DNA of 64,000 bases from Oscillospiraceae bacterium (GCA_015068735.1 SVJW01000005.1:321-64320); one strand, 5' to 3'; positions 32,522-42,576 are shown, counted from the stretch's first letter. Program-made: numbers and translations. The notes: generated by a model not told the origin, from the sequence alone.

Positions 32522-33988
32522 TTATCTTCTCATTTTTTTCTTTTTAAGTTTCCGTCTGATAGAGGAAATAAGCATATAACCTGCCACAAGAATGAGAGCA
32601 GTCATCATAATGTAGGACAAAACCGTAACATTATTGCTTTTTACCTTGGTCCACATTTCAAGGACAGCTTCGTTTCTGTCCCCGAAATCCTCCATAATAC
32701 CGCAACGGGCTACCTCATCAAGGGACGGATACTGGGTGGTGAGCTGTCTTCCCAATGTGTTTGTACGCACAATAACTCTGCCGTCTTCGGTGTACTTATC
32801 GGGGGAAAGAGTTCCTGCGAAAAAGTATGTAAGGTCATACTCATATTCGCCCTCTTCCTCTTCATAATTTTCGCATACAAGGTCAAAAATATCATCGCCG
32901 GCAACGGCACTTGTATAACCGATATAGTCCATATTCAAAACGGCAATCTCGGGCTTGCACAAAAAATCAACAAAATCCTGAGCAAGTTCGCAATTTGCAC
33001 CCTTAGGCATTACCCAACCGTCAAACCAGACGGTGCTTCCCTCTTCGGGAATCACAAATGCCAGCTCCTTACCGTCTTCTTCCTCAGCAAGGTCCATTGC
33101 GTAAACGGCATCGCCACTCCATGCAAGGTTTGCGGCAATTTTTCCCGATACAATATCGGTTTTTCCGGAGTCAACCTCAAAACCGTAGATATTTTCTTTC
33201 ATATCCGTAAGGGCTTTTTCAACTTTTGCAATATTTTCTCCGCAAGTATCGTTTGCCGCATCGTTTACGATTTTCTGCAATTCCTCGGCAGTAATTTCAC
33301 CATTTTTGTATTTAAGATTTACCTCTTTAAGCTCTTCCCTGTGAACATAGAGAGAGCCTACAACATAAGCGTCACGGGAAACATCCTTACAAGTCATTTT
33401 GTTCTTGTAGTCCGTATTCCAGAAGAAATCCCATGTGGAAATATCCTCTTCCGAAACGGCTTCGGGATTGTAGAGGAAACCTACCGTTCCCCACATATAC
33501 GGAACTGCATATTCCGTCCAGTCGTTTTTCTCGAAAAGATCCGCAATATAGGGGGATACATTTTTCGTGTAGTTAGGCATTTTTGAAATGTCGTATTTTT
33601 CTACAGCAATGCTTTCATCGTCACCGTTTATTGTGGCGTTAATCATTTTTTGAATGACATAATCCGACGGACACACCAAGTCATAGTCGGAACGCCCTGT
33701 GCGGAGAGTATTGAGCATTGTTTCGTTTGTTTCAAATGTGTCGTATTGAACGCGCACTTTCTTTCCTGTGCGATTGTAATAGTCCTTTTCCCACATTTCC
33801 ATGACGGAGTCTTTGATTTTTGTACCGTCATCGTCTTTTCCCTCGTCAATGTAGTCCTGCCAGTTGCAAACCTTCAGAACCAGCTCGTCTTCCTTTGATT
33901 CGGGAGTTTCGGAAAAGCACCAAAAAAGGCACAGTACATAGGAAAGGCACAGAATAACACTCAGTATAATTGTACTAATTTTTTTCAT
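32522..33988 (-). CDS. potD: Spermidine/putrescine ABC transporter substrate-binding protein (extended, with C-terminal TM anchor)
   Basis: 488 aa. PotD-like core (VCNWQDYID..., YDLVCPSDY, WGTVGFLYN). N-terminal hydrophobic segment plus a C-terminal TM and KKKKMRR tail. Confidence 0.8.
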   Translation of the reverse strand: MKKISTIILSVILCLSYVLCLFWCFSETPESKEDELVLKVCNWQDYIDEGKDDDGTKIKDSVMEMWEKDYYNRTGKKVRVQYDTFETNETMLNTLRTGRSDYDLVCPSDYVIQKMINATINGDDESIAVEKYDISKMPNYTKNVSPYIADLFEKNDWTEYAVPYMWGTVGFLYNPEAVSEEDISTWDFFWNTDYKNKMTCKDVSRDAYVVGSLYVHREELKEVNLKYKNGEITAEELQKIVNDAANDTCGENIAKVEKALTDMKENIYGFEVDSGKTDIVSGKIAANLAWSGDAVYAMDLAEEEDGKELAFVIPEEGSTVWFDGWVMPKGANCELAQDFVDFLCKPEIAVLNMDYIGYTSAVAGDDIFDLVCENYEEEEGEYEYDLTYFFAGTLSPDKYTEDGRVIVRTNTLGRQLTTQYPSLDEVARCGIMEDFGDRNEAVLEMWTKVKSNNVTVLSYIMMTALILVAGYMLISSIRRKLKKKKMRR

Positions 33989-34784
33989 TATTCTTTTTCT
34001 CCCCGGAACTTTGTATGTTTACAATAATAAGTATTAACAGAGCAATCAGCGTAATAATGGTCGTCAGCGCACGAAGTGAAGGGGGAAGTGTTCCCTTTTT
34101 ACTGGTAACGCCGTAAACATATGTGCTGAGGGTCTGAAATGCCGTGTTTCTTGTAAATGCCGTAATAATGTAGTCGTCAAGGCTTAATGTAATGGAAAGA
34201 ATAAATCCCGATACAATTCCGGGCATTATTTCCGGAATAACAATTGTGCGCAGGGCTTTTTTCGGGGTTGCACCAAGGTCAAGCGCCGCTTCATAAATGT
34301 TGGGATCCATCTGCATAAGCTTGGGTCGTACTGCCAATACAACAAAAGGAATTGTCAGCACCACATGACCTACAAGAAGAGTAAAGAAATTAAATGTCAC
34401 TCCTGCCATAACAAAAAGTATGGTAAGTGAAAGTGCAGTTACTATTTCTGCATTTATGACGGGAATATTGCTGATTCCCTCCATAAGTGCCTTGCTCTTT
34501 TTTCCGCTGTAGAAAATTCCTATTGCCCCCAGTGTTCCCAAAATAGTTGAAACAATAGCGGAGGAAATAGCCACTACAAAGGTGTTTGCAAATGCACGCA
34601 TAATTTCTGCATCTTTAAACAGCGATTTGTAAAGATGCAGACTGAATCCGTCCCAGTTACCGATAATTTTTGTATCGGTAAAGCTGAATACAATAAGAAG
34701 GAGCAACGGAGCATACATAACAAGAAGAAGTATGTATACGTAGAATTTACTTAGGAATTTTGAAAGTGAAAACTTTTTCTTCAT
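33975..34784 (-). CDS. potC: Spermidine/putrescine ABC transporter permease
   Basis: Multi-TM protein with an EAA-like loop (EAALDLGATPKKALRTIVIPE). TAATG overlap with potB. Confidence 0.9.
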   Translation of the reverse strand: MKKKFSLSKFLSKFYVYILLLVMYAPLLLLIVFSFTDTKIIGNWDGFSLHLYKSLFKDAEIMRAFANTFVVAISSAIVSTILGTLGAIGIFYSGKKSKALMEGISNIPVINAEIVTALSLTILFVMAGVTFNFFTLLVGHVVLTIPFVVLAVRPKLMQMDPNIYEAALDLGATPKKALRTIVIPEIMPGIVSGFILSITLSLDDYIITAFTRNTAFQTLSTYVYGVTSKKGTLPPSLRALTTIITLIALLILIIVNIQSSGEKKNNEKN

Positions 34785-35581
34785 TACCACAGCCCCCCTC
34801 TCGCGTCTTCCTTACCGTCGGAATCGGTACAAAGGGCGCCGAATGCCATTATAATAAGCATTATCAGGGCAACAAGACTTCCTAAATTCCACAAACCCTG
34901 ATCAAAATATAACTGAATACTGTTGCCGATAAGTGAAATCTTTCTCTCACCCATAACGTCGCTTATTACATAGCTGCTCATTGTGGGCATAAATACCATT
35001 GTTGCGGCGGAAGCAATTCCCGGCATAGTCATGGGAATAACTGTTTTAAAGAAAGTCTGCACCTTGTTTGCGCCAAGGTCGTAGGATGCCTCAATAAGGC
35101 TTAAATCCATTTTTGTCATGGTTGTGTACAGGGGCAGAATAACAAATGGCAGGTAGTTATATACCATACCTATCATTGTGGCAAAATAGGGATGTTCTCC
35201 GCCGGAAATACCGATTGCGAAAAGAAGGTCTCTTGTTGCGGCGGTGCGAAGGACGAAGTTAATCCACATAGGCATTACAAAAAGGAGAACAGTTGCCTTT
35301 CCGAAGCCCATATTCTTTTTTGCCAGAATATATGCCGCAGGATAACCTAAAAGCAGGCATATAGCCGTATTCGCCATACCGATAAAGATACTGAACATCA
35401 ATGTGTTTATGTTGTGTCCGCCGGAGAAAAACGAACGGAAATTATCAAGGGTGAATTTGCCGTCGGAATTCGTAAATGCGTACATCACTATAAGAAACAG
35501 GGGAATCACAACAAACAGTATCATAAATATTGCATAAGGCAGGGCGAGAGTTTTTCTGGAAAAAATGTTATTTTTTCGCAT
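34784..35581 (-). CDS. potB: Spermidine/putrescine ABC transporter permease
   Basis: Multi-TM protein with EAA loop ([20 protein letters not shown]). ATG 35581 preferred over the track's GTG 35596. Confidence 0.9.
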   Translation of the reverse strand: MRKNNIFSRKTLALPYAIFMILFVVIPLFLIVMYAFTNSDGKFTLDNFRSFFSGGHNINTLMFSIFIGMANTAICLLLGYPAAYILAKKNMGFGKATVLLFVMPMWINFVLRTAATRDLLFAIGISGGEHPYFATMIGMVYNYLPFVILPLYTTMTKMDLSLIEASYDLGANKVQTFFKTVIPMTMPGIASAATMVFMPTMSSYVISDVMGERKISLIGNSIQLYFDQGLWNLGSLVALIMLIIMAFGALCTDSDGKEDARGGLW

Positions 35582-37055
35582 ACTTCTTCGCCTCACCTTT
35601 CAATTTGATTTTAATATCCTGAGGTCTTACATTAAGACCTACAAGGTCGTTTTCGTCGTAGGTATATTCCGTATCCAAAACGAAATCCTCATCCTGGGCG
35701 GTTCTGATTGTGAGCTGATAATGGTCGCCCTTATATATAATAGAAACAATTTCGCCCTTTACTATGCCTGCTTCCTCATCGTCAAGAATTTCAATATCTT
35801 TAAGTCCGATTTCAGCACATACATCGGCATCGGTAAAGTCGTAACGTATACCGTCAGGACCTACAACATAACCTTCGCTGTCAACGATTGAGCCTTGCAC
35901 AAGGGATGTAATGTCACACTCAAAAGCACATTCAGATATAACAACGCGGTTGTTTTTGTCAATATAAGCATCATTGTAAATGTTGGCAGTAAGTTCCTTT
36001 TTCATAATGTGGATACCATCAGGCTCAATATTAAAACCATAGGTTTCGTCTACATTAAGGTCGCGTGTATCAACGATTACAAGCTCGTTTCTGCCCACCA
36101 TCATAATATATTCGTAGTGAATACCTTTGAAAATTTTGCTGACAATCTTTCCCTTTGCCATACCGCTATTCACATCGGTAATATGTACGTCTTCGGGGCG
36201 GATTACAACGTCAACCTTTTCATTTATGGGGAATTCATCGACGCAATCAAAAACATTGTTTATAAAGCGTACCTTTTTGTCGCCTGTTACAGTACCGCTG
36301 TAAATATTGCTTTCACCAATGAAGTTAGCAACAAAGGCGTTGTTAGGCTCGTTATAAATATCCTCAGGTGTACCTATCTGCTGAATCATACCGTCTTTCA
36401 TAACAACAACCGTATCGGAAAGAGTAAGCGCCTCTTCCTGGTCGTGTGTTACATATATAAAGGTAATACCCAGCTTTTTGTGCATCTCTTTAAGTTCAAG
36501 CTGCATATCCTTTCGCATCTTAAGGTCAAGTGCGCCCAGCGGCTCGTCAAGAAGCAATATCTCAGGCTCATTTACAATGGCGCGAGCAATGGCAATTCTC
36601 TGCTGTTGACCGCCGGAAAGAGTAGATATATCACGGTTTTCATATTCCTCAAGGTCAACTATTTTAAGAGCCTTTTTAACCTTTTTGTCAATTTCCTCTT
36701 TTGTAAGCTTTCTCATTTTATCTCCGTCAGGAACTCTTTTAAGTTTCAAACCGAAAGCAATGTTATTATACACATCCATATGAGGGAAGAGGGCATATTT
36801 CTGAAATACCGTGTTTACAGGGCGTTTGTATGGAGGAAGAAGAGAGATATCCTCCCCATTTAAGAGAATTTGTCCCGACGTGGGAAGTTCAAATCCTGCA
36901 ATCATACGGAGCGTGGTAGTTTTTCCGCAACCGCTGGGGCCTAAAAAGGTTACAAACTCCCCTTTTTTGACGTACAGGTTGAAATCCTCCACAGCGTAGG
37001 TCTGTCCAAAATGCTTGGATACATTTTTAAGTTCGATAATTACATTGTTTGCCAT
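35568..37055 (-). CDS. potA: Spermidine/putrescine ABC transporter ATPase (long C-terminal extension)
   Basis: Walker [10 protein letters not shown], signature LSGGQQQR, Walker [15 protein letters not shown] 37055 lies 7 nt after GAGGTG (the track starts at GTG 37064). About 495 aa, where about 370 is usual for PotA as I recall. Confidence 0.9.
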   Translation of the reverse strand: MANNVIIELKNVSKHFGQTYAVEDFNLYVKKGEFVTFLGPSGCGKTTTLRMIAGFELPTSGQILLNGEDISLLPPYKRPVNTVFQKYALFPHMDVYNNIAFGLKLKRVPDGDKMRKLTKEEIDKKVKKALKIVDLEEYENRDISTLSGGQQQRIAIARAIVNEPEILLLDEPLGALDLKMRKDMQLELKEMHKKLGITFIYVTHDQEEALTLSDTVVVMKDGMIQQIGTPEDIYNEPNNAFVANFIGESNIYSGTVTGDKKVRFINNVFDCVDEFPINEKVDVVIRPEDVHITDVNSGMAKGKIVSKIFKGIHYEYIMMVGRNELVIVDTRDLNVDETYGFNIEPDGIHIMKKELTANIYNDAYIDKNNRVVISECAFECDITSLVQGSIVDSEGYVVGPDGIRYDFTDADVCAEIGLKDIEILDDEEAGIVKGEIVSIIYKGDHYQLTIRTAQDEDFVLDTEYTYDENDLVGLNVRPQDIKIKLKGEAKKYAKK

Positions 37056-37075
37056 CTGAAACACCTCGGTTCATA

Positions 37076-37114
37076 AAATAAAAAAACACAAGCCGTAATT
37101 ACTAAGCTTGTGTT
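37076..37114 (-). terminator. Intrinsic terminator hairpin inside the potA 5' leader (candidate attenuator or riboswitch expression platform)
   Basis: Minus strand reads AACACAAGC-TTAGTAATTACG-GCTTGTGTT followed by TTTTTTATTTT. It ends about 20 nt before the potA ATG. Confidence 0.6.
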
Positions 37115-37230
37115 GATAATCCTAAAAAAGATACTTCTCCCCTAAGGGATAACAATATCAGGGATGTAGGCATACAGAGTCTATATAGCAAGAATACTTT
37201 TACTACTCTTATTGACCATTTCACAAGTCA

Positions 37231-37502
37231 GCCGAACAGTAACAATCCAAGCCTGCCTCAAACGGTGAAATTTAGGCATTTTTTAATTTGTCGTCCTTGA
37301 AAGGCGTCAGCCTATCTGCGTCCTCCGCATCAAAAGCTGCTCAAAATTTCATCCGTTTGAGGTTCGTAGAATTTTTTGCAAACTATTTTTTGTCAAGACA
37401 AGGCAAAAATGAAGCATATACTGTCGTATATGCAAGGCTTTTAACGCCGTAGTGGCGAAAAATAGGAAGCAAAAAACACGATTTGGATTATTACTGTTCG
37501 GC
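37231..37502. repeat. Nested long-range inverted repeats in the pot leader
   Basis: GCCGAACAGTAACAATCCAA (37231-37250) pairs with TTGGATTATTACTGTTCGGC (37483-37502), 1 mismatch. CCTCAAACGGTGAAATTT (37256-37273) pairs with AAATTTCATCCGTTTGAGG (37344-37362), 1 bulge. Confidence 0.7.
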
Positions 37503-37644
37503 TCAACGCAATTACGCATTTCGGTTATAAAGTAACCAACTTATAAAACTGAGCTTTTAACTCAATCAATAATATTTGCTTTGAAGACTCCGATGCAATC
37601 TGCATCTGTCTCAAGATTTTCAAAAGAAAATCACCTGCTTTTAC

Positions 37645-37674
37645 ATTATAATACCAATGAAGGGGGAAAATCAA
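37645..37674 (-). promoter_or_regulatory. Candidate sigma-A promoter (TTGATT-18-TATAAT) facing potA
   Basis: Minus strand -35 at 37674-37669 and -10 at 37650-37645. It would give a leader of about 580 nt. Confidence 0.4.
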
Positions 37675-37810
37675 GAGTTTTTCAAATACTTTTTAACAAA
37701 AAAGTGTTTTTTATTACAAAAATCTTTTTGTTTTTATTGCAAGAAATTGGTGCTATTCAATCGGAGCCGATTAGGGGTGTGCCATTTTGAACGCCAAAAT
37801 GGCGAAAAGC

Positions 37811-37835
37811 GTCGGGGGATTCCGAGCCCCCCGAC
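37811..37835. repeat. GC-rich hairpin A (GTCGGGGG-ATTCCGAGC-CCCCCGAC)
   Basis: 8-bp G/C stem in an AT-rich gene desert. Related in sequence to hairpin B at 38290-38311. Confidence 0.6.
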
Positions 37836-37963
37836 CCCCCCGTCCACGGTCTCGCAGGAGCGCAAGAAAAAATCCTTTCTTAACAACTGAAACAGTATCG
37901 TTTTTCAAAATTATTTGTTTTTGTGACGCCGTCCTAAAAGGAAAACTTATTTCCTTGCGGACT

Positions 37964-38006
37964 AAAAATCGCTCGTCAGCAGAGGAAGTTGATACGAGCG
38001 ATTTTT
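37964..38006. repeat. 13-bp perfect-stem hairpin (AAAAATCGCTCGT...ACGAGCGATTTTT)
   Basis: Read directly from the sequence. 17-nt loop. A/T tracts make it terminator-like in both directions. Confidence 0.6.
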
Positions 38007-38117
38007 ACGCCAGTCAACAAAGAATTTCTCAAAACCCTACTTTAATTCTTAAACTATAGTTTATTTAAGGTTACACGCACAGAGTACGGTTTTTGAAAAT
38101 TTTAAGCCGACTACCGA

Positions 38118-38158
38118 GAAATTGCGAGCATCATTTTCCTCTGCGGGCTCGCAATTTC
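38118..38158. repeat. 12-bp perfect-stem hairpin (GAAATTGCGAGC...GCTCGCAATTTC)
   Basis: Read directly from the sequence. 17-nt loop. Confidence 0.6.
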
Positions 38159-38289
38159 AGGCGGTCAGGAAAAAGAGTTTTCCTTAAAGCCGGCGGTTCA
38201 AAGGATGAAAATTTTCAAAAACATAAACAATACAGTAAAAGAAAACTACGCCCGAAAGGTACCCGCCCCTGCGGGGCCGTTTCAGGGGT

Positions 38290-38341
38290 GCGGGGGAATC
38301 GGAACCCCCGCGTTTTTGGTACTTTTGGCTCCCAAAAGTAC
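38290..38341 (+). terminator. GC hairpin B with T-tract (terminator-like) followed by a 10-bp palindrome
   Basis: GCGGGGG-AATCGGAA-CCCCCGC then GTTTTT. Next comes GTACTTTTGG-CTC-CCAAAAGTAC (38319-38341). There is no upstream plus-strand CDS for it to terminate. Confidence 0.4.
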
Positions 38342-38462
38342 ATATTCCCTAATCGACACCGATTAAAAAACTTTAAAATATCTTGTGCTACAAAACCATA
38401 TATTACGCAACTGCGTATACGCACAGTCGTAAAAGAGCATAAAATATCTGTGAGGTGAGCTT

Positions 38463-38708
38463 ATGATGGATATTAAAGATGCTATCGTTGAAAGATTTTT
38501 ACAGTTGTGCAATGAAAAAGGCTGGAAAATAAATGAATTAGCCAATATATCGGGAGTTACTCCGTCTACGGCGTACAGTATGATGGACAATTCCCGTCGT
38601 GATATTTCTATAAGAACTATCAAAAAGTTTTGTGATGGACTTGAAATTACCCTTGGGGATTTTTTCTCAACAGAAATTTTTGACGAACTTGAACAGGAAA
38701 TAAAATAA
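38463..38708 (+). CDS. XRE-family HTH transcriptional regulator
   Basis: 81 aa. NEKGWKINELANISGVTPSTAYSMMDNSRRDISIRTIKKFCDGL. Confidence 0.8.
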   Translation: MMDIKDAIVERFLQLCNEKGWKINELANISGVTPSTAYSMMDNSRRDISIRTIKKFCDGLEITLGDFFSTEIFDELEQEIK

Positions 38709-38712
38709 ACTT

Positions 38713-40731
38713 ATGTTAAAACGACCCTTGGTTTCTGCGGCTTTATTATTCGTTATCGGAATATTTACAGCCGCATACGATATAAATTTAACTATAAGGA
38801 TACTTCTCTGCCTTTCGGTATGCCTTTTTACATATTTCAGGACAAAGAACACGAAAGTTTCTTTGCTGGCTGTGGCGCTGATAATCGCAGGCATATTCAG
38901 ACTGGGACTTGCCGAGGAATACCAAAACAGCGTTATTGCCAAGTATTCAGGCAGGAATGCCCATATGAAGATGACAGTTACAGAGTTTTCCGAAGGGAAT
39001 CGGATAACTGCATATTTTAAGGACGGGGGCAGGACACACAAGGTGAGTTTAACTGTGGAGGAAAGGATAGAGCTTTCCCCCGGAGATATTGTTGAGGGAG
39101 AAATCACCTTGCACACTCCTTTTAAATCCAGAATACGCTTTCCCGGAACGGCGGAATCTTACGCCGGTAATAACGTTTTCCTTACGGCATCGGCGGAAAG
39201 CATAACCAAAACCGGAGAAAGAGAAGGCGGTTTTAAAGGTGTAATCTTTTTCCTGCGTGTCTATATGAATAACCTGGGAGAAAATGTATTTTACGGTGAT
39301 GACCGTGCTCTTTTCAACGCAATGATTTTCGGTGACAAAAGGCTTGTGTCCGATGAATTGTATTTAGCGCTTCAGGCAAGCGGGCTTAATCACATTGCCG
39401 TTGTTTCCGGAATGCATCTGTCTGTTGCAATAGCTTTTATTACAGGTTTAATACAGAAACTTTTCGGAAAAAAGCGCATAGGAAATGTCTTTGTCCTGTT
39501 GGGCGCGTTCTTGCTTACGCTTGTTACAGGGGCGGGAGCAAGCGTCATCAGAGCGTTTATTATGTGCTTTTTATATGTGTTGTCACAAATTTTGCGCCGT
39601 GATCGTGACAGTGCTACATCCCTTGCCTTTGCTGTGCTTGTGATGACAGGGGTAAACCCATTTATAGTTTTTAATGTGGGATTTATTCTGTCAGTTCTCT
39701 CCGTTATGGGAATATTTCTTTTTAACGATAAAATATCTGAATTTTTGCTTAAATTTATGCCGTCGAAACTTGCAAATCTGCTGGCACTAAGCATAAGCGC
39801 GCAAATTGCAGTTCTCCCCGTAGCCATTTACTATTTCGGTACAATAGCACCCTACGCCCTGCTTTCCAATATGTTGCTTGTTCCCCTTGCAGGAATATAT
39901 GTGGTGCTTGGCATGATTTACATTCTTGTTTCGCCTGCGGCTTTTGTTTTACCGTTTATTGCTCCCTGTCTGAAATTCCTTTCGGGAATAATGACGTCAA
40001 CATGCTTTGCCGTAAAAGATTTTGACGGTTCGCTTATAGAATTTTCAGGATCCTTTATAATTTTTGCGACAATATGGATTTTTCTTCTTATTCTTATCCG
40101 CATAAGACCTTTTACCCGGACCGGGCGGCGCAGATTGGCGGCAGGATTTTCTGCAATTATTATTTTTCTTTGTCTTGTTCCCGAAAACAGGGGTATAGAA
40201 ATTTATACAATTCCATACGGCAAACAGAGTATAACAGCAATTGAGAATGCGGACGGAAATTCACTCTTGATTGACTGTCCTGCCTTTTATGATATGAAAA
40301 GAATTGAAAATCCCAAAACACCATTTTCGTCGGTTGTTCTCACGAGTTCAAGTGTGGGACAGGTTTTTAAAGATAAAAGTAATCTTGAAAGGCTTATTGC
40401 GTCCGAAGCACTTTTTAGCGAGAAAAGAAAGCAAAGGGTTATTGAGAGTGCAAGGAAGAAAAATATTCATGTAGAATTTGTTAAAGATTTTCAAAAAGTA
40501 CAGATAGGTGATTTTCTTGTGGAATATATTGCCATAAATGGCATGGAAAGCGCCCGTGCAGTAAAGATTGAATACGACACAAAAACACTTATAACACTCC
40601 AGGGATTCAGTGAAAAAGAAATATCGGAAATGGAAAAAGCAGGTGTCAGTTTCAATTCGGATTACATTATATTGCCCTTTGCAGTAAACGGTTATGATGA
40701 AAATCTTTTTACAGGAAAAATTCTGAAATAA
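38713..40731 (+). CDS. comEC: ComEC/Rec2-family DNA internalization competence protein
   Basis: 672 aa, polytopic. Conserved SGLNHIAVVSGMHLS competence-domain motif. Confidence 0.85.
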   Translation: MLKRPLVSAALLFVIGIFTAAYDINLTIRILLCLSVCLFTYFRTKNTKVSLLAVALIIAGIFRLGLAEEYQNSVIAKYSGRNAHMKMTVTEFSEGNRITAYFKDGGRTHKVSLTVEERIELSPGDIVEGEITLHTPFKSRIRFPGTAESYAGNNVFLTASAESITKTGEREGGFKGVIFFLRVYMNNLGENVFYGDDRALFNAMIFGDKRLVSDELYLALQASGLNHIAVVSGMHLSVAIAFITGLIQKLFGKKRIGNVFVLLGAFLLTLVTGAGASVIRAFIMCFLYVLSQILRRDRDSATSLAFAVLVMTGVNPFIVFNVGFILSVLSVMGIFLFNDKISEFLLKFMPSKLANLLALSISAQIAVLPVAIYYFGTIAPYALLSNMLLVPLAGIYVVLGMIYILVSPAAFVLPFIAPCLKFLSGIMTSTCFAVKDFDGSLIEFSGSFIIFATIWIFLLILIRIRPFTRTGRRRLAAGFSAIIIFLCLVPENRGIEIYTIPYGKQSITAIENADGNSLLIDCPAFYDMKRIENPKTPFSSVVLTSSSVGQVFKDKSNLERLIASEALFSEKRKQRVIESARKKNIHVEFVKDFQKVQIGDFLVEYIAINGMESARAVKIEYDTKTLITLQGFSEKEISEMEKAGVSFNSDYIILPFAVNGYDENLFTGKILK

Positions 40732-40808
40732 TAAATTTGTGTTACAATTGTTAAATTTACGCCCATTGTATGATATAATGTAAAAGGTGCTTGCGAGGAG
40801 GTTTTAAA

Positions 40809-41543
40809 ATGAGTGATAAAATTGAAGGCAGAAACCCCGTTACCGAAGCGCTGAAAAGCGGTCGGGGAATAGATAAAATATATGTAAAAAAAGGTGACAG
40901 ACACGGAAGTATTATCCCCATTATCCGTATGGCTAAGGAGAAAGGGATTCCCGTTACGGAAACCGACGGACGAAAGCTTGACGAGATGAGCGAAACAGGC
41001 GTACATCAGGGAGTAATTGCACTTTGCAGTGCGGCTGAGTATGCTACTGTAGAGGATATTTTAAAGATTGCCGAGGAAAAAGGCGAACCGCCGTTTATTG
41101 TCATTCTTGACAGAATTGCTGACCCCAGAAATTTGGGTTCTATCATAAGAACGGCGAATTGTGCAGGTGCTCACGGAGTGATTATTTCCAAACATGAATC
41201 ATCTGGCCTTACGGCAGTTTGTGCCAAGGCAAGTGCAGGTGCAGTTGAATATACCCCTGTTGCAAGAGTGACAAGCCTTGCAAAAACCATAGATGACCTT
41301 AAAAAGAAAAATATCTGGGTAACAGGAGCGGATGCTTCCGGTGATAAGGAAATTTATGATGCAGATCTTAAAGGTGCGGTTGCAATAGTAATCGGCTCCG
41401 AGGGAGAGGGTATAAGCCGACTTGTATTGGAAAAGTGCGATTTCCTCGTGAAAATCCCTATGAAAGGTGACGTTAATTCCCTTAACGCATCCGTTGCGGC
41501 AGCACTTTTCATTTACGAAACAGTAAGACAAAACAGAAATTAA
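40809..41543 (+). CDS. rlmB: 23S rRNA (guanosine-2'-O)-methyltransferase, SpoU/TrmH family
   Basis: ATG 40809 after GAGGAGG. EGRNPVTEAL..., DPRNLGSIIRTA, VIGSEGEGIS and SLNASVAAALFIYE SpoU motifs. Confidence 0.85.
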   Translation: MSDKIEGRNPVTEALKSGRGIDKIYVKKGDRHGSIIPIIRMAKEKGIPVTETDGRKLDEMSETGVHQGVIALCSAAEYATVEDILKIAEEKGEPPFIVILDRIADPRNLGSIIRTANCAGAHGVIISKHESSGLTAVCAKASAGAVEYTPVARVTSLAKTIDDLKKKNIWVTGADASGDKEIYDADLKGAVAIVIGSEGEGISRLVLEKCDFLVKIPMKGDVNSLNASVAAALFIYETVRQNRN

Positions 41544-41561
41544 AAAAAAGGAGAAATCAGT

Positions 41562-41819
41562 ATGCGTGCAGTAGTAACAGTTGTTGGTAAGGACAAAACA
41601 GGTATCATTGCAAGAGTCAGCGGACTTTTCTATGAAAAGAACATCAATATCTTAGATATTTCCCAGAAGCTGATGCAGAATCTTTTCACTATGATTGCCC
41701 TTATAGATATGGAAAATAGCGAGCTTGACCTTGCATCTCTTACAGAAGAACTTGACAAGGTAGGCGAGGAACTCAATGTAGCAATCCGCGTTCTTCCCGA
41801 AGAGAATTTCGAGGTGTAA
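41562..41819 (+). CDS. ACT-domain protein (UPF0237-like)
   Basis: 85 aa. MRAVVTVVGKDKTGIIARVSGLFYEKNINILDISQ. Confidence 0.7.
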   Translation: MRAVVTVVGKDKTGIIARVSGLFYEKNINILDISQKLMQNLFTMIALIDMENSELDLASLTEELDKVGEELNVAIRVLPEENFEV

Positions 41820-41820
41820 T

Positions 41821-42576
41821 ATGCCGAAAGCTCTTATAACAGGGGCAAGTTCCGGAATAGGTGCAAGTATTGCAAAAAGGCTTTCTGCCATGGGATATGA
41901 AACCATTCTTGTTGCTCGCAGAAAAGACAGACTGGAGGAGCTGAAAAAAGAACTCCCCTCCCCATCTGTTGTTGTGGCGGCGGACCTTACGGATATGTCT
42001 TTGGTGAAAAGCCTTGCAAAAGACTTTCCCGATATTGACATCCTTGTAAATAACGCGGGATTTGGTGTGTACGGTGAATTTACCGAAACTGATTTTGACC
42101 GTGAAGACCGTATGATTGATGTAAATATCCGTGCGCTTCATTACCTTATGAAAGAATATATCCCCCTTATGGAAAAAAGAGGTGGCGGGAAAATACTTAA
42201 CGTGGCAAGCTCTGCGGCGTTTTTTTCGGGACCCTTTTTATCCTCTTACTATGCATCCAAAGCGTATGTTTTAAAACTTTCAAGGGCGATAAGGGAGGAA
42301 TTACGCAGAAGAAAATCTCCTGTAACGATAAGTGTACTTTGCCCCGGACCTGTAGAAACCGAATTCGGAGAAGTTTCAGGCTCCAATTTAGGAAAAAAGA
42401 CACTTTCTGCAGACTATGTTGCAAAAGTTTCCCTTTCGGGATTGATGAAAGGGAAAGGTGTTATAGTCCCCGGATTTACCATGAAATGTTCCCGTATTTT
42501 GTCGAAAATAGCCCCCGAATCCCTGACTGTAAGGATGTTGTACAGAATACAAAAATCCAAGAAGAAAACTAATTGA
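41821..42576 (+). CDS. Short-chain dehydrogenase/reductase
   Basis: TGASSGIG cofactor motif, NNAG, and YxxxK (YYASKAY). Confidence 0.85.
   Translation: MPKALITGASSGIGASIAKRLSAMGYETILVARRKDRLEELKKELPSPSVVVAADLTDMSLVKSLAKDFPDIDILVNNAGFGVYGEFTETDFDREDRMIDVNIRALHYLMKEYIPLMEKRGGGKILNVASSAAFFSGPFLSSYYASKAYVLKLSRAIREELRRRKSPVTISVLCPGPVETEFGEVSGSNLGKKTLSADYVAKVSLSGLMKGKGVIVPGFTMKCSRILSKIAPESLTVRMLYRIQKSKKKTN

Noticed and set aside
37811-38311. Possible tRNA or tmRNA T-arm in the GGGGG-loop-CCCCC hairpins.
   Set aside because: The loops are 8-9 nt rather than the 7-nt TTCGAAT type. No acceptor-stem complement, D-arm or anticodon arm can be drawn around either copy.
37581-38458. Four overlapping plus-strand ORFs (69-121 aa) and a minus-strand ORF (38215-38424) in the gene desert.
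   Set aside because: The translations are Arg/Pro/Lys-rich low-complexity strings generated by GC-rich hairpins. No RBS is present, and the frames overlap one another.
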